Source of the DNA: Spirochaetaceae bacterium
GTDB lineage: Bacteria > Spirochaetota > Spirochaetia > DSM-2461
Assembly (NCBI GenBank): GCA_965224705.1
Contig: OZ245056.1
Location: 32,001 to 96,000 of the forward strand
DNA: 64,000 nucleotides
Reading direction: 5' to 3'
Each line of letters begins with the position of its first letter. Positions within the stretch are counted from its first letter, which is position 1. Both the position numbers and the translations under genes were made by a program. This document shows positions 48,794 through 58,674 of the stretch, piece by piece. The notes below the pieces were generated by a model. That model did not search any database. It had not been told where the DNA came from and was given only the letters and a program-made list of their open reading frames with translations.

Positions 48794-51763
48794 ATGAAAA
48801 GGAATCGTGCAGTATCACGAGCAATTTTTACTTTTTATGTTCTCCTCTTGATTATAGCATTCATCACGGCTTGTAAGGCTACTACTTCGGGGGATTCGGT
48901 CGATTCGGTAACTATCAAAGAGGGAACGACTTCGACGGGTGCGGACCCCGGCGAGTCCATGACAAAAGCCTACGGAGAGAGTCTTGACTTCAACGCGGTT
49001 GTGGCCGTCACCGGCAGTCCCGATGAAGGGATAAGCTGGACAAGTTCTGACAGCGCTGTCGCGGCCGTAAGCCCCAGCGGGATTGACAGCAAGTATGTGA
49101 CCGTTACTGTGGTGAATTCAAGCGGGAATGCGGCGATAACGGCAGCGAGCCAGGCGGATAGTTCTAAAACCGATTCCTTCACCATAACAGCCGAAAGGAA
49201 ATCAATTTCATCCGCAGCCATGACCTATACGGCTCTGACGGTTGACGAGGGCGATACCACAGGAAATACGGCCCTTGCCGCGCTAGGCAATTTCCTTGTT
49301 GGAAACGATAATCTGGCGGATGCCGTGACCTTCAGCATCGAAAAGAAGTCCGGCACAGGACCGGAACCGGGAACAGATGTCAGCATCGATCCGGCGACGG
49401 GGACGATAACGATAAACCCGGCGCAGACCGCCTTCACCGCGACTGCATACACCGTCACCATGACGGGAAAAGGCCACTACAAAGGCAGCAAAGAGGCCGA
49501 TATTACCCTGACGGTCAACGCAGGCACATCGGGGGATTCGGTCGATTCGGTAAGTATCAAAGAGGGAGTAGCTTCGACAGGTGCGGACCCAGGCGAGTCC
49601 ATGACAAAAGCCTACGGAGAGAGTCTTGACTTCAATGCGGTTGTGGACGTCACCGGCAGTCCCGATGAAGGGATAGTCTGGACCACGTCTGACAGCGCGG
49701 TCGCGACCGTAAGCTCCAGCGGGACGGACAACAAGCAAGTAAGCGTTACTATAGTGAATTCAAGCGGGACCGCGACGATAACAGCGGCAAGCCAGACGGA
49801 TAGCTCTAAAACCGATTTCCTTACCATAACAGCCGAGAAAAAATCAATCTCATCCGCAGCCATGACCTATACGGCTCTGACGATTGACGAGGGCGATGCC
49901 ACAGGAAATACGGCCGCTGCCGCGCTAGGCAATTTCCTTGTTGGAAATGATGATCTGGCGGATGCCGTGACCTTCAGCATCGAAAAGAAATCCGGCACAT
50001 CAGGCACAGGGCCGGAACCAGGAACAGATATCAGCATCGATCCGGCGACAGGGACGATAACGATAGCCCCGGCGCAGACCACCTTCTCCGCGACCACATA
50101 CACCGTCACCATGACGGGAAAAAATCACTACAAAGACAGCAAAGATGCCGATATTACCCTGACAGTCAACGTGGTCCCATCGGTCGATTCGGTCAGCATC
50201 AGAGAGGGCTTGCATGAGTCGGGCGGGGATCCCGGCGCATCCATGACAGAAGCCTACGGAGAGGTCCTCAACTTCAACGTGGTTGTAACCGTCACCGGCA
50301 GCCCCGATGAAGGGATAATCTGGACCTCGTCTGACAGCACGGTCGCGACGGTCAGCCCAGACGGGACTGGCAACAAGCAAGTGTCCGTTACTATGGTGAA
50401 TTCAAGCGGGACCGCGACGATAACAGCGACAAGTCAGGCGGATAGTTCTAAAACCGATTCCTTCACCATAACAGCCGAAAAGAAATCAATCTCATCCGTC
50501 GCCATGACCTATACGAATCTGACGATTTACGAGGGTGCCGCCACAGGAAATACGGCCGCTGCCGCAATAAATCAATTCCTGGTTGGCAGTGATGATCTGG
50601 CGGATGCCGTGACCTTCGGCATCGCCAGGAAGTCCGGCACAGGACCGGAACCGGGAACAGATATCAGCATCGATTCGGCGACAGGGACGATAACGATAGC
50701 CCCGGCGCAGACCGCCTTCACCGCGACTGCATACACCGTTACCATGACGGGAAAAAATCACTACAAAGACAGCAAAGAGGCCGATATCACCCTGACAGTC
50801 AACGCGATAAGTACGGCCGACTATGGCACTCCGGCGAGCATAAGCGCATCGACCAATACGGGCGGTCAACTGGCCCTGTCGTGGGACGAGTTTGACAGCG
50901 ATACAGACACCATCTACACGGTCTACGCGTACAACTTAACCATACGGACATCGGGGGAAACGGCACCAACCCTTGAGGAATTCTTAAGGGACAAGGACGG
51001 GGTAGCGGATGTGACCGCTGTCATGTCGGAAGTATCGGCAGTGACTCAATGGACGGACCTGACAGATCCATCGACATCGGCAAGCCAATTGAGCGACTTA
51101 CGGCTGCATTCGGGGCATAAGTATGTTTTTGCGGTAACAGGAACACGGAGCGGCAGTCTTGATACCGATACAATGGCGGCGGCCGTTATTGACATATCCG
51201 GTACTGCACCCGCTGTCTACGGGACGCCCGCTTCCGGCGGCAATAGTTTCCCCGTGGTGCTCATAGCGGGAACGGGAGGGGTGGACTGGAAGACGGCGGC
51301 GCATTATTCCAGAGCGCAGGGAGGAGAGGCCTCCCTTGTGGAGATAGGCTCGCAGGAAGAACAGTTTGCGGTAAGCGCAGCCGCAGCACGGGCTAGCACG
51401 GAGATAACAAAAACCGCAAGTGATGGCGGCGGCGCGCGCTATCTGTGGATAGGCGCGACAGATGAGGCGATAGAAGGTATATGGGTCTGGAATGGCGACG
51501 ATGATGATACGGAAACCACCCCGTTAGGCGGCGGCAGGGGGATCGCCTGGATTGGAACGGCCTATCAAAACTGGGGAGTCAGTACCATGGATAGCCGCCA
51601 GACGGAGCCGGATAATTCCGGCGACCAGGACTTTGCCGGCATAGGAATTGATGGATGGCCTGTGCAAGCCCCAGGACTCTTTGGCTCAAAGTACCAATGG
51701 AACGATATCTCAGGCCAGAACATGCTCAGCGGCTACGTCATGGAAGTGGCACAGGACTGGTAG
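48794..51763 (+). CDS. Surface lipoprotein/adhesin: 3x (Big_2-like Ig + stalk domain) and a C-terminal C-type lectin-like domain
   Basis: Lipobox ITAC; ISWTSSDSAVA Ig units; WKTAA..SLVEIGSQEE..LWIGATD..EGIWVW..EPDN..WND lectin motifs. Confidence 0.88.
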   Translation: MKRNRAVSRAIFTFYVLLLIIAFITACKATTSGDSVDSVTIKEGTTSTGADPGESMTKAYGESLDFNAVVAVTGSPDEGISWTSSDSAVAAVSPSGIDSKYVTVTVVNSSGNAAITAASQADSSKTDSFTITAERKSISSAAMTYTALTVDEGDTTGNTALAALGNFLVGNDNLADAVTFSIEKKSGTGPEPGTDVSIDPATGTITINPAQTAFTATAYTVTMTGKGHYKGSKEADITLTVNAGTSGDSVDSVSIKEGVASTGADPGESMTKAYGESLDFNAVVDVTGSPDEGIVWTTSDSAVATVSSSGTDNKQVSVTIVNSSGTATITAASQTDSSKTDFLTITAEKKSISSAAMTYTALTIDEGDATGNTAAAALGNFLVGNDDLADAVTFSIEKKSGTSGTGPEPGTDISIDPATGTITIAPAQTTFSATTYTVTMTGKNHYKDSKDADITLTVNVVPSVDSVSIREGLHESGGDPGASMTEAYGEVLNFNVVVTVTGSPDEGIIWTSSDSTVATVSPDGTGNKQVSVTMVNSSGTATITATSQADSSKTDSFTITAEKKSISSVAMTYTNLTIYEGAATGNTAAAAINQFLVGSDDLADAVTFGIARKSGTGPEPGTDISIDSATGTITIAPAQTAFTATAYTVTMTGKNHYKDSKEADITLTVNAISTADYGTPASISASTNTGGQLALSWDEFDSDTDTIYTVYAYNLTIRTSGETAPTLEEFLRDKDGVADVTAVMSEVSAVTQWTDLTDPSTSASQLSDLRLHSGHKYVFAVTGTRSGSLDTDTMAAAVIDISGTAPAVYGTPASGGNSFPVVLIAGTGGVDWKTAAHYSRAQGGEASLVEIGSQEEQFAVSAAAARASTEITKTASDGGGARYLWIGATDEAIEGIWVWNGDDDDTETTPLGGGRGIAWIGTAYQNWGVSTMDSRQTEPDNSGDQDFAGIGIDGWPVQAPGLFGSKYQWNDISGQNMLSGYVMEVAQDW
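48896..50821 (+). repeat. 642-bp (214-aa) tandem repeat, 3 copies
   Basis: TCGGTCGATTCGGT anchor at 48896, 49538, 50180. Confidence 0.9.
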
Positions 51764-51785
51764 AATAACGCAGGGGGCAGCCCAG

Positions 51786-51946
51786 GAGCCTGTCGGACTT
51801 ACGCCTCACGGCTCGATTTTTGCCCTTTTTTCCCGCTACGGCGTTGCCAAAATGCTCACGTAGCCCAGCTACGCTCCGCTTTTGCCGCCTTGTATCGGAA
51901 AAAAAACATCAAAAATCGCCTCGAAGCCTTAAAGTCCGACAGACTC
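51786..51946. mobile_element. MITE family A, 161-bp copy
   Basis: TIRs; TSD CCAG/CCAG. Confidence 0.92.
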
Positions 51947-52056
51947 CCAGACTGCTGGCGGTTATGCTGGCACGATTCAATTCGGCCAATGCTAAAAACT
52001 CCATCCATTGGTCTCCAGGCAATCCGCTTAGGGCAAGATTGACTGAAGAACACGAT

Positions 52057-53001
52057 TTACTTGATGTACTGATCGACGTTTGCAGAGGTGACAAGTGTAA
52101 AGGGAACCATTGTCTCTCTGGGTATGGCCTTACCTGCCAACACATCAGGGATCAGCGAAATTGCCGTACTGACCTGCGCCGCACCGTCCTGAAGGACTGT
52201 CGCTCGAAGTGTTCCGGCTTTGACCATGCTCAGAGGTCCGGCGTTGCCATCAACTCCGATGGAGACAATGTCTTCCCGGCCTATGGAATTGACATAGTTC
52301 TGAACTGCCGATGACATATCATCGTTGTCGCAGATAATGGCTTTCACATCATCACCATGCTCTGTGACCACATCGCTTGCGAATCCCACAGCTTTGTCAG
52401 CCGACCAGTCTGCGGCGAAATCTCCAATGGGCTCCCATGTCGGATCGTTTCCAAGAACATTCAGAATGCCCTGTCCACGGGCAATCTGTGCCGAATTGCC
52501 TACGACACCCATCATGTGGGCGTACTTGCCGCCCTGGGGTACCTGCTCCTTGACGAAATTCGCCATGATTTCACCAGCTTCAACATCATCGGAACCGACG
52601 AATCCAGTCGCAAGCTCTGCCGTGTTATTCGTGGTCGAATTGACTACGATTACCGGAATATCCGCCTCCACACAGCGGGAAACCACCGGGGCACTACCCT
52701 CACTTTCCGCCGGAAGAAGAATAACAAAATTTGCTCCGGATGCAATTGCATTCTCCAGGAGGTTAACCTGCGTGATGGGATCGGTCATGCCATCGTACAA
52801 CTGCCAGCTTGCAATAACTCCCTGATCTACCAATTCATCCAGAGAGTCTTTGGCGGCTCCGTTGAGAGTTGCATGAAAAGCATCAACTGTGTTTTTGGCG
52901 ATATAGGCTACATTGACACCGTCGGCTTCGGAATCACCTTTTGCACCTGCGAAGGTCACTATAAGACAAAGAAAAACGATCAATCCAACTAATTTTTTCA
53001 T
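52057..53001 (-). CDS. Sugar ABC substrate-binding protein (RbsB-like)
   Basis: FVGSDDVEAG, ICDNDDM, IGVDG; signal peptide. Confidence 0.88.
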   Translation of the reverse strand: MKKLVGLIVFLCLIVTFAGAKGDSEADGVNVAYIAKNTVDAFHATLNGAAKDSLDELVDQGVIASWQLYDGMTDPITQVNLLENAIASGANFVILLPAESEGSAPVVSRCVEADIPVIVVNSTTNNTAELATGFVGSDDVEAGEIMANFVKEQVPQGGKYAHMMGVVGNSAQIARGQGILNVLGNDPTWEPIGDFAADWSADKAVGFASDVVTEHGDDVKAIICDNDDMSSAVQNYVNSIGREDIVSIGVDGNAGPLSMVKAGTLRATVLQDGAAQVSTAISLIPDVLAGKAIPRETMVPFTLVTSANVDQYIK

Positions 53002-53153
53002 AAACTATTACTCCTTCATTTATTATTCACTCATTTCACAAAACTCCGTATGGGTCAATTTTGATTAGCTTCCTCACATAAAATCCTCCTTTAAACATAC
53101 TGCTTTATGATATTCGACCACACAGGTTGTCAGCCCTGCCCTGTCAATATCTC

Positions 53154-54143
53154 TCAGTTATTTCTATTGATGAGCTTGTCCATCATGACTGCCGCAATAA
53201 TTAACAAACCCTTCGTTATAATCTGCCAGTAGGAATTAACTCCAATCAGATTCATCCCATTGAAAATTAAACCAATAATCAAAACGCCGATGAATGTTCC
53301 TGGGATTGTGGAAATACCACCGGAAAACGATGTTCCACCGATGACACATGCCGCAATGGCATCCACTTCATACCCCACGCCGATATTGGGCTGAGCCGCA
53401 TTGATCCGGGCAGTCATGATAATCGCCGCAGTGCCTGCACAGATTCCGCTAATGACAAATGTTCCAATACGGGTGCGGAGGACTTTGACCCCAGAAGCAG
53501 TCGCCGCCCTAATATTGCCTCCCACCGCATATACGTATCGTCCATATTTGGTAAGGTGAAGGATGACGTAGGCCAGGATCGTGACAGTCAGCAGAATCAA
53601 CACAGGGAAGGGAATTGAACCGAACAATTTACCCAGACCGATCTGGGCGAATTCCGGCCTTGCCAGAGCAAAGGAGTATCCTCCGGAAAAAATATAGGCA
53701 AAACCTCGGATTATCAACATGCTCGCCAGAGTGACAACAAAAGGAAACATGTTGAATCTGGCAACGAGGAAACCGTTTACCAGACCGAATAAGGCACATA
53801 TCGCAACGGAACCCAGACAGGCGAGAACAATGCTCTCTGTAGCATTCAGTATAAGACCGATCGCCACACTGCCCAGGGCCAGCATCGAGCCTATGGAAAG
53901 GTCTATTCCTTCGGCGGTAATAACAAAAACCATACCCATCGCAAGGACACCATTGATGGAGACCGTCGTTAATACATTTGTAAGATTTGTTACGGTAAGG
54001 AATCTGGGCGATGCGATAGATAGGATGACGAACATTCCCAGCATGACCAGACCAATGCCGTATCTCTTCATGAAGAGATTCATGTCATGTTGATCAACTC
54101 CGAGGAGTCTGGATCCCATGCCTTGTAAGCCGCTCTTTTTCAT
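53154..54143 (-). CDS. Sugar ABC permease (RbsC-like)
   Basis: GIDLSIGS, YAVGGN, YEVDAIAACVIGG; start ATG 54143 after GGAGG. Confidence 0.88.
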   Translation of the reverse strand: MKKSGLQGMGSRLLGVDQHDMNLFMKRYGIGLVMLGMFVILSIASPRFLTVTNLTNVLTTVSINGVLAMGMVFVITAEGIDLSIGSMLALGSVAIGLILNATESIVLACLGSVAICALFGLVNGFLVARFNMFPFVVTLASMLIIRGFAYIFSGGYSFALARPEFAQIGLGKLFGSIPFPVLILLTVTILAYVILHLTKYGRYVYAVGGNIRAATASGVKVLRTRIGTFVISGICAGTAAIIMTARINAAQPNIGVGYEVDAIAACVIGGTSFSGGISTIPGTFIGVLIIGLIFNGMNLIGVNSYWQIITKGLLIIAAVMMDKLINRNN

Positions 54144-54150
54144 ATTCCTC

Positions 54151-55683
54151 CTACATTCCGCCAAAAGCTCTGGCCATAATGGATTCCTGGTTTTCCTTAC
54201 CTGACAGGATGTCTTCCCGTTTAACCTCGCCGTTCAGCGCACCCTCATGGTAAACAAGCACGCGATCGCTCATCCCCATCACTTCCGGCAGTTCGGACGA
54301 CACCATAACAATGGCCATACCTTCAGAAGCGAATTTGCACATCAATGAGTGAATTTCTGCTTTGGCTCCGACATCCACCCCGCGTGTCGGTTCGTCCAGG
54401 ATGACCAGTCGGGGGCGTTTCATCAGCCATTTTGCAATAACGGTTTTCTGTTGATTTCCACCGCTCAGAGAGAAAGCTTCGGTTTCGATATTGGCCATTT
54501 TGATTGTCAGAACCGATGCGATCTTTTCACATTCTTTATTTTCCTGTTTGCGGTTAATTAGCAGTCCTCTGTGCTTCGACTTCAAGCTCGGCAGCGAGAT
54601 GTTCTCCCTGATGGACCGGAACAGACACAGGCCGTATTCTTTGCGATCTTCGTTGATCATCGCAATACCGGCGTTCATCACATCGGGAACACTGCGGCTA
54701 TGGAGTTCTTCTCCGTCCAGAAACAACTTGCCGGAAGTGAGGGGATCCAAACCGAATATGGCCCTCATTGTCTCACTTCGCCCCGATCCAACGAGACCTG
54801 CAATACCCAGAATCTCTCCTGCTCGAACTTCAAAACTGATATTCTGGAAACCGTCTCCAGAAAGACCTTCAGCACGAAAAACGACATCTCCTATCCGGCA
54901 GTCAGTTTTTGGGAAGACATTTTCAACTTTTCGCCCCACCATCATGGAGATGAGTTCGTCTTTGGTAACGTCTTTTACATCCCCTGATCCAACATACATT
55001 CCGTCCCGCATTACCGTGTATGAATCACAAATCTGGAAGATTTCATCGATTCGATGAGAAATGTAAACTATGGTGACTCCCTTGGACTGAAGTTCAGCAA
55101 TTGTACGGAACAGGCGATCGGTCTCTTCGCTGTCCAGAGCCGAAGTCGGTTCGTCCATCAATATGAGCCTGGCATTGCATGATATAGCTTTGATAATTTC
55201 AATCATCTGAATCTGGGCAAGAGTGAGATGTTCCATGTGGAGTTTCGGATTCAAGGAAATATCGAAGCTCCTGAGAATCTCGGCTGCCTTCTCATTTGTA
55301 AGTTTTTTATTTAGAAACGGAGACCGGCCAAAGGTATCCTCGCGATTGAGAAAGATACAGTCTGCGATTGAAAGATAGGGTTCAGGATTTAATTCCTGGT
55401 GGATCATTGAAATGCCGGCATCAATCGCTTCCACAGGGTTCATGGCGCGATAGGGCTTTCCTTCAAAGAAAATGTCGCCGGAGTCGGCGAGGACTAAACC
55501 GCTGATGATGTTCAACAAGGTTGATTTGCCTGCACCGTTCTCTCCAAGCAGAGCGTGCACCTGACCTCTCCTCACATTCAACTGGCCCTCTTCAAGAGCT
55601 CTTGTCCCGCCATAGGCTTTACAGATACCACGGCATTCCAGGATAAGATTGAGATCCGACTTTGACTCGTGGTCGCCTTTCAT
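54151..55683 (-). CDS. Sugar ABC ATPase (RbsA-like)
   Basis: [28 protein letters not shown]. Confidence 0.9.
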   Translation of the reverse strand: MKGDHESKSDLNLILECRGICKAYGGTRALEEGQLNVRRGQVHALLGENGAGKSTLLNIISGLVLADSGDIFFEGKPYRAMNPVEAIDAGISMIHQELNPEPYLSIADCIFLNREDTFGRSPFLNKKLTNEKAAEILRSFDISLNPKLHMEHLTLAQIQMIEIIKAISCNARLILMDEPTSALDSEETDRLFRTIAELQSKGVTIVYISHRIDEIFQICDSYTVMRDGMYVGSGDVKDVTKDELISMMVGRKVENVFPKTDCRIGDVVFRAEGLSGDGFQNISFEVRAGEILGIAGLVGSGRSETMRAIFGLDPLTSGKLFLDGEELHSRSVPDVMNAGIAMINEDRKEYGLCLFRSIRENISLPSLKSKHRGLLINRKQENKECEKIASVLTIKMANIETEAFSLSGGNQQKTVIAKWLMKRPRLVILDEPTRGVDVGAKAEIHSLMCKFASEGMAIVMVSSELPEVMGMSDRVLVYHEGALNGEVKREDILSGKENQESIMARAFGGM

Positions 55684-55792
55684 ATCTGACAGCCTCTTCT
55701 GGTTCTATCCAGTTCAAATTCTGGTCCAGGCGGAATTACCGAAACCAATCAATGATCCATGTCTCAGCGGCTCCAGGGTGACGATCATACAA

Positions 55793-55957
55793 TCAAATTG
55801 GACATCTCATAACTTAGCACCTGGCAAAATAATTGTCAATACCAAATATCAAATTGGATAGCTCATAACTTGAAATTTGACAAATTATATGTCACTACCA
55901 AATGTCAAATTGGACATTTCTAACTTAGTACCTGGCAAATTATATGTCAATATCAAA
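55793..55957 (-). promoter_or_regulatory. 3 x 56-bp tandem repeat carrying repeated promoter/operator-like motifs
   Basis: Units start at 55793, 55849, 55905; units 1 and 3 read TTGACA-17-TAAGTT on the minus strand. Confidence 0.75.
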
Positions 55958-56122
55958 CCTGGTTTAGTAATGGAAAAAATTGTTTTCTGACACGGATTCA
56001 AACGGTGATCCGGGATGTGAATCCAGAGATTTGAGTTTGCACAACGATGAATTTGACCGCGTCTTACCGGATGTGAGCTTTTCCCCTTCTGGAGTATGGC
56101 ATATCCTTCCACCCCGAACACG

Positions 56123-56308
56123 GCCTTAAAGTCCGACAGACTCCTGGGAGACTGTCGGACTTACGCCTCACGGCTCGATTTCTGCCCTTTTTTCCCGCTA
56201 CCGCGTTGTCAAAATGCTCACGTAGCCCAGCTACGCTCCGCTTTTGCCGCCTTGTATCGGAAAAAAATCATCAGAAATCACCTCGAAGTCTCAAAGTCCG
56301 ACAGACTC
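56123..56308. mobile_element. MITE family A: end fragment (56123-56143) plus full 161-bp copy (56148-56308)
   Basis: TSD CTGG/CTGG around the full copy. Confidence 0.9.
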
Positions 56309-56313
56309 CTGGC

Positions 56314-56408
56314 GTAAGGCTTTTTCTCCATTGGGGGGTATTTCGCCCAAAAAATGTGGGTGCGTCCATGCATCCACGAACAGCTCTAAACGTCTTTTAG
56401 AGCTGCCC
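56314..56408. repeat. Repeat family B (GGGTGCGTCCATGCACCC hairpin + GGGCAGCTCTAAA..TTTAGAGCTGCCC hairpin)
   Basis: Similar copies at 58528-58620, 59835-59908, 60690-60716. Confidence 0.85.
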
Positions 56409-56496
56409 TTTAGTTGATTACGAGGAGAGTATTCAGACAAAATATGCTTAATCAAATATTGTAACTTTTCATTAAAGTTCACTCTGCCTCCTCAAT

Positions 56497-56585
56497 ACTC
56501 TGCGCTCTCTGCGTCCTCTGCGGTAAAAAACTGAATATGCAAGGAAGGGAGGTATAAACCGCAGAGGGCGCGGATCTGCGCAGAG
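56497..56585. repeat. Repeat family C (CGCAGAG-type REP-like inverted pair)
   Basis: CTCTGCGCTCTCTGCGTCCTCTGCGGT...ACCGCAGAGGGCGC; 28-bp identical copy (reverse complement) at 63470-63497. Confidence 0.8.
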
Positions 56586-56636
56586 AAATATGGCATAAGA
56601 AAATTGGTGAATACCTACCTTGAATACTCTGCTTAG

Positions 56637-56922
56637 GAGTCTGTCGGATTTACGTCTCACGGCTCGATTTTTGCCCTTCTCTTCAAAAGCAAGCCTCCTG
56701 CTTGCTTCTTTCGAGCCGCCTTCGTTCGCTTTCGCCGCCATCCGTGGCGGCTTTTCTTCGCTATCGCTCAGCGCTCTCTTGGGAGGCGAGTCTACGACTC
56801 GCCTCCCCTGCTGCTGCGTTGCCAAAATACTCACGTAGCTTAAGCTAGCTTAAGTTTTTGTCGCCTTGCATCAGGAAAAAATCATCAAAAATCGCCTCGA
56901 AGCCTTAAAATCCGACAGACTC
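56637..56922. mobile_element. MITE family A, long 286-bp variant with extra internal hairpins
   Basis: TIRs; TSD TTAG/TTAG; internal GCCGCCATCCGTGGCGGC and GGGAGGCGAGTCTACGACTCGCCTCCC. Confidence 0.9.
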
Positions 56923-56969
56923 TTAGTGAAATTTAGATGCGGTTGCCCTGATTTTTCCATCTGAAAGAC

Positions 56970-56998
56970 TTGGCAAAAGCTTCATTTTCAATTAAAAT
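56970..56998 (+). promoter_or_regulatory. Putative sigma70 promoter of the ugp operon
   Basis: TTGGCA-17 nt-TAAAAT. Confidence 0.55.
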
Positions 56999-57156
56999 CT
57001 AGTCGAGGCAGTATCAGAGGTAGCGATATTCTTTCTCCAACTGATACCAGAGTTTTTGGATTAGCTCTGTAACGTAATCTTAAGAGTATCTCTAAGCGTG
57101 TTTGGAGGTACCCTTAATGGGAATCTTAGCCTTCGGGCGATAAACAAAAAGGAGAA

Positions 57157-58506
57157 ATGTTTATGAAAAGATTTATTGTTGTTCTATTAGTACTCATGCT
57201 GGGTACTTCGTTCTTATTTGCCCGCGGTCAGCAGGCAGAAGCATCGGTCGATGAAGAGGCCAATGTGACCATCGATTTCTGGCATGCGATGTCAGGAGCT
57301 CGAATCGACCTGATTCAGGGGATCGCTGATAGGTTCATGGAGGAGAATCCGAACATCACGGTCAATGTCCAGTATACCGGTTCTTACAATGACACCCTGA
57401 ACAAGACCATCTCAGCTCACAAGGCCGGGAATGCACCGCATGTCTTCCATATCTATGAGATCGGCACTCTTGGTATGATCAACAGCGGTATGATCTCCCC
57501 TATCGACGAGCTGGCAAATCGATATGGCAGGCCGATCGACTGGGATGAGTTCTTCGTTCCCGTACAGAGTTATTACAAATATCAGGGGAACCACTACTCG
57601 ATGCCTTTCAACTCATCTACCCCTCTGATCTACTACAACAAGACCTTCTTTGAACAGGCTGGACTCGATCCTGAGAACCCGCCAAGCACCTATGAAGGAA
57701 TCAGGGAAGCTGCACAGAAGCTCAAGGACGCCGGTGTCTGTGAGACTCCAGTAACCTGGAACCTCCATAGCTGGTACTTCGAGCAGATGGGCTGTCTCCA
57801 GGATGCTCCATTCGTCAACAATGACAATGGGCGTGGAAAAGAACTTCCTACCGAGGTCTTGTTCAACGGCGAAGCCGGGAACAAGGTCCTTGACTGGTGG
57901 ATCGGTATGTACAATGACGGACTCTTCATGGATGTCGGACCGGGCTGGTCGAACCACCGTGCAGCGTTCGGAGCTGGAGAGGTCGCAATGGTCATGTCTT
58001 CATCATCCGATGTCAATCTGTTGACCAAATCCCTCAGCGAGAAAGGCTGGGAGATGGGAACAGGATTCATCCCTCGGCCTGAGGGCGCAACCGGTGGTGT
58101 CGCTATCGGCGGCGGATCTCTCTGGATCACCAACAACCATCCTGCCGAGGAAGAACTCGCAGCCCTCAAGCTGGTACAGTTCATCTCCAACGATGAGTCA
58201 CAGATGGCCTGGCACAAGGGTACCGGCTACTTCCCGGTACGTAAGACCGCTATGGATGCTCTCAAGGCAGAAGGATGGTTCGAGGAGAACCCGAACTACC
58301 TCACCGCTTTCGATCAGCTCCTAGTCAGTCCTGAGACTCTCAACACCGCAGGAGGACTCCTTGGTGTATTCCCAGAGACCAGAGCTATCATCCAGTCAGA
58401 GATCCAGGAATGCTATGCAGGAAAACCGGTATCTGAAGCACTTGATGATGCTGCTGCACAGGTAAATGACCTGATCAAAGAATGGAATGAGTTAATCAAG
58501 CTTTAG
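57157..58506 (+). CDS. ugpB: sn-glycerol-3-phosphate/glycerophosphodiester ABC substrate-binding protein
   Basis: IDFWHAMSG, YSMPFNSSTPLIYYNK, IGGGSLW, WHKGTGYFPV. Confidence 0.88.
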   Translation: MFMKRFIVVLLVLMLGTSFLFARGQQAEASVDEEANVTIDFWHAMSGARIDLIQGIADRFMEENPNITVNVQYTGSYNDTLNKTISAHKAGNAPHVFHIYEIGTLGMINSGMISPIDELANRYGRPIDWDEFFVPVQSYYKYQGNHYSMPFNSSTPLIYYNKTFFEQAGLDPENPPSTYEGIREAAQKLKDAGVCETPVTWNLHSWYFEQMGCLQDAPFVNNDNGRGKELPTEVLFNGEAGNKVLDWWIGMYNDGLFMDVGPGWSNHRAAFGAGEVAMVMSSSSDVNLLTKSLSEKGWEMGTGFIPRPEGATGGVAIGGGSLWITNNHPAEEELAALKLVQFISNDESQMAWHKGTGYFPVRKTAMDALKAEGWFEENPNYLTAFDQLLVSPETLNTAGGLLGVFPETRAIIQSEIQECYAGKPVSEALDDAAAQVNDLIKEWNELIKL

Positions 58507-58527
58507 AGACGAAAAAGCCGGAATGAA

Positions 58528-58620
58528 GTAAGGCTTTTTCTCCATTTTGCGGCATTTCGTCCCAAAATATGGGTGCGTCCATCCATCAACGGGCAGCTCT
58601 AAACATGTTTAGAGCTGCCC
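58528..58620. repeat. Repeat family B copy
   Basis: GTAAGGCTTTTTCTCCATT...GGGCAGCTCTAAACATGTTTAGAGCTGCCC. Confidence 0.85.
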
Positions 58621-58674
58621 AATATTTGCTGGAGTATAGTATGAAACAGGCAGGTTTTTCCTCAGAATTCCTGG

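Noticed and set aside
50900..51763. C-type lectin domain as a diversity-generating retroelement target
   Set aside because: No reverse transcriptase and no adenine-mismatched template/variable repeat pair seen in the window
55793..55957. CRISPR array
   Set aside because: Units are contiguous 56-bp imperfect repeats with no unique spacers, and no cas genes are present
55970..56122. Possible decayed gene fragment truncated by a MITE
   Set aside because: Multiple stops and no recognisable family; cannot be supported
57015..57030. Lysine riboswitch (AGAGGTAGCG start)
   Set aside because: Downstream conserved elements (GAAAGG, GCCGAA) are absent
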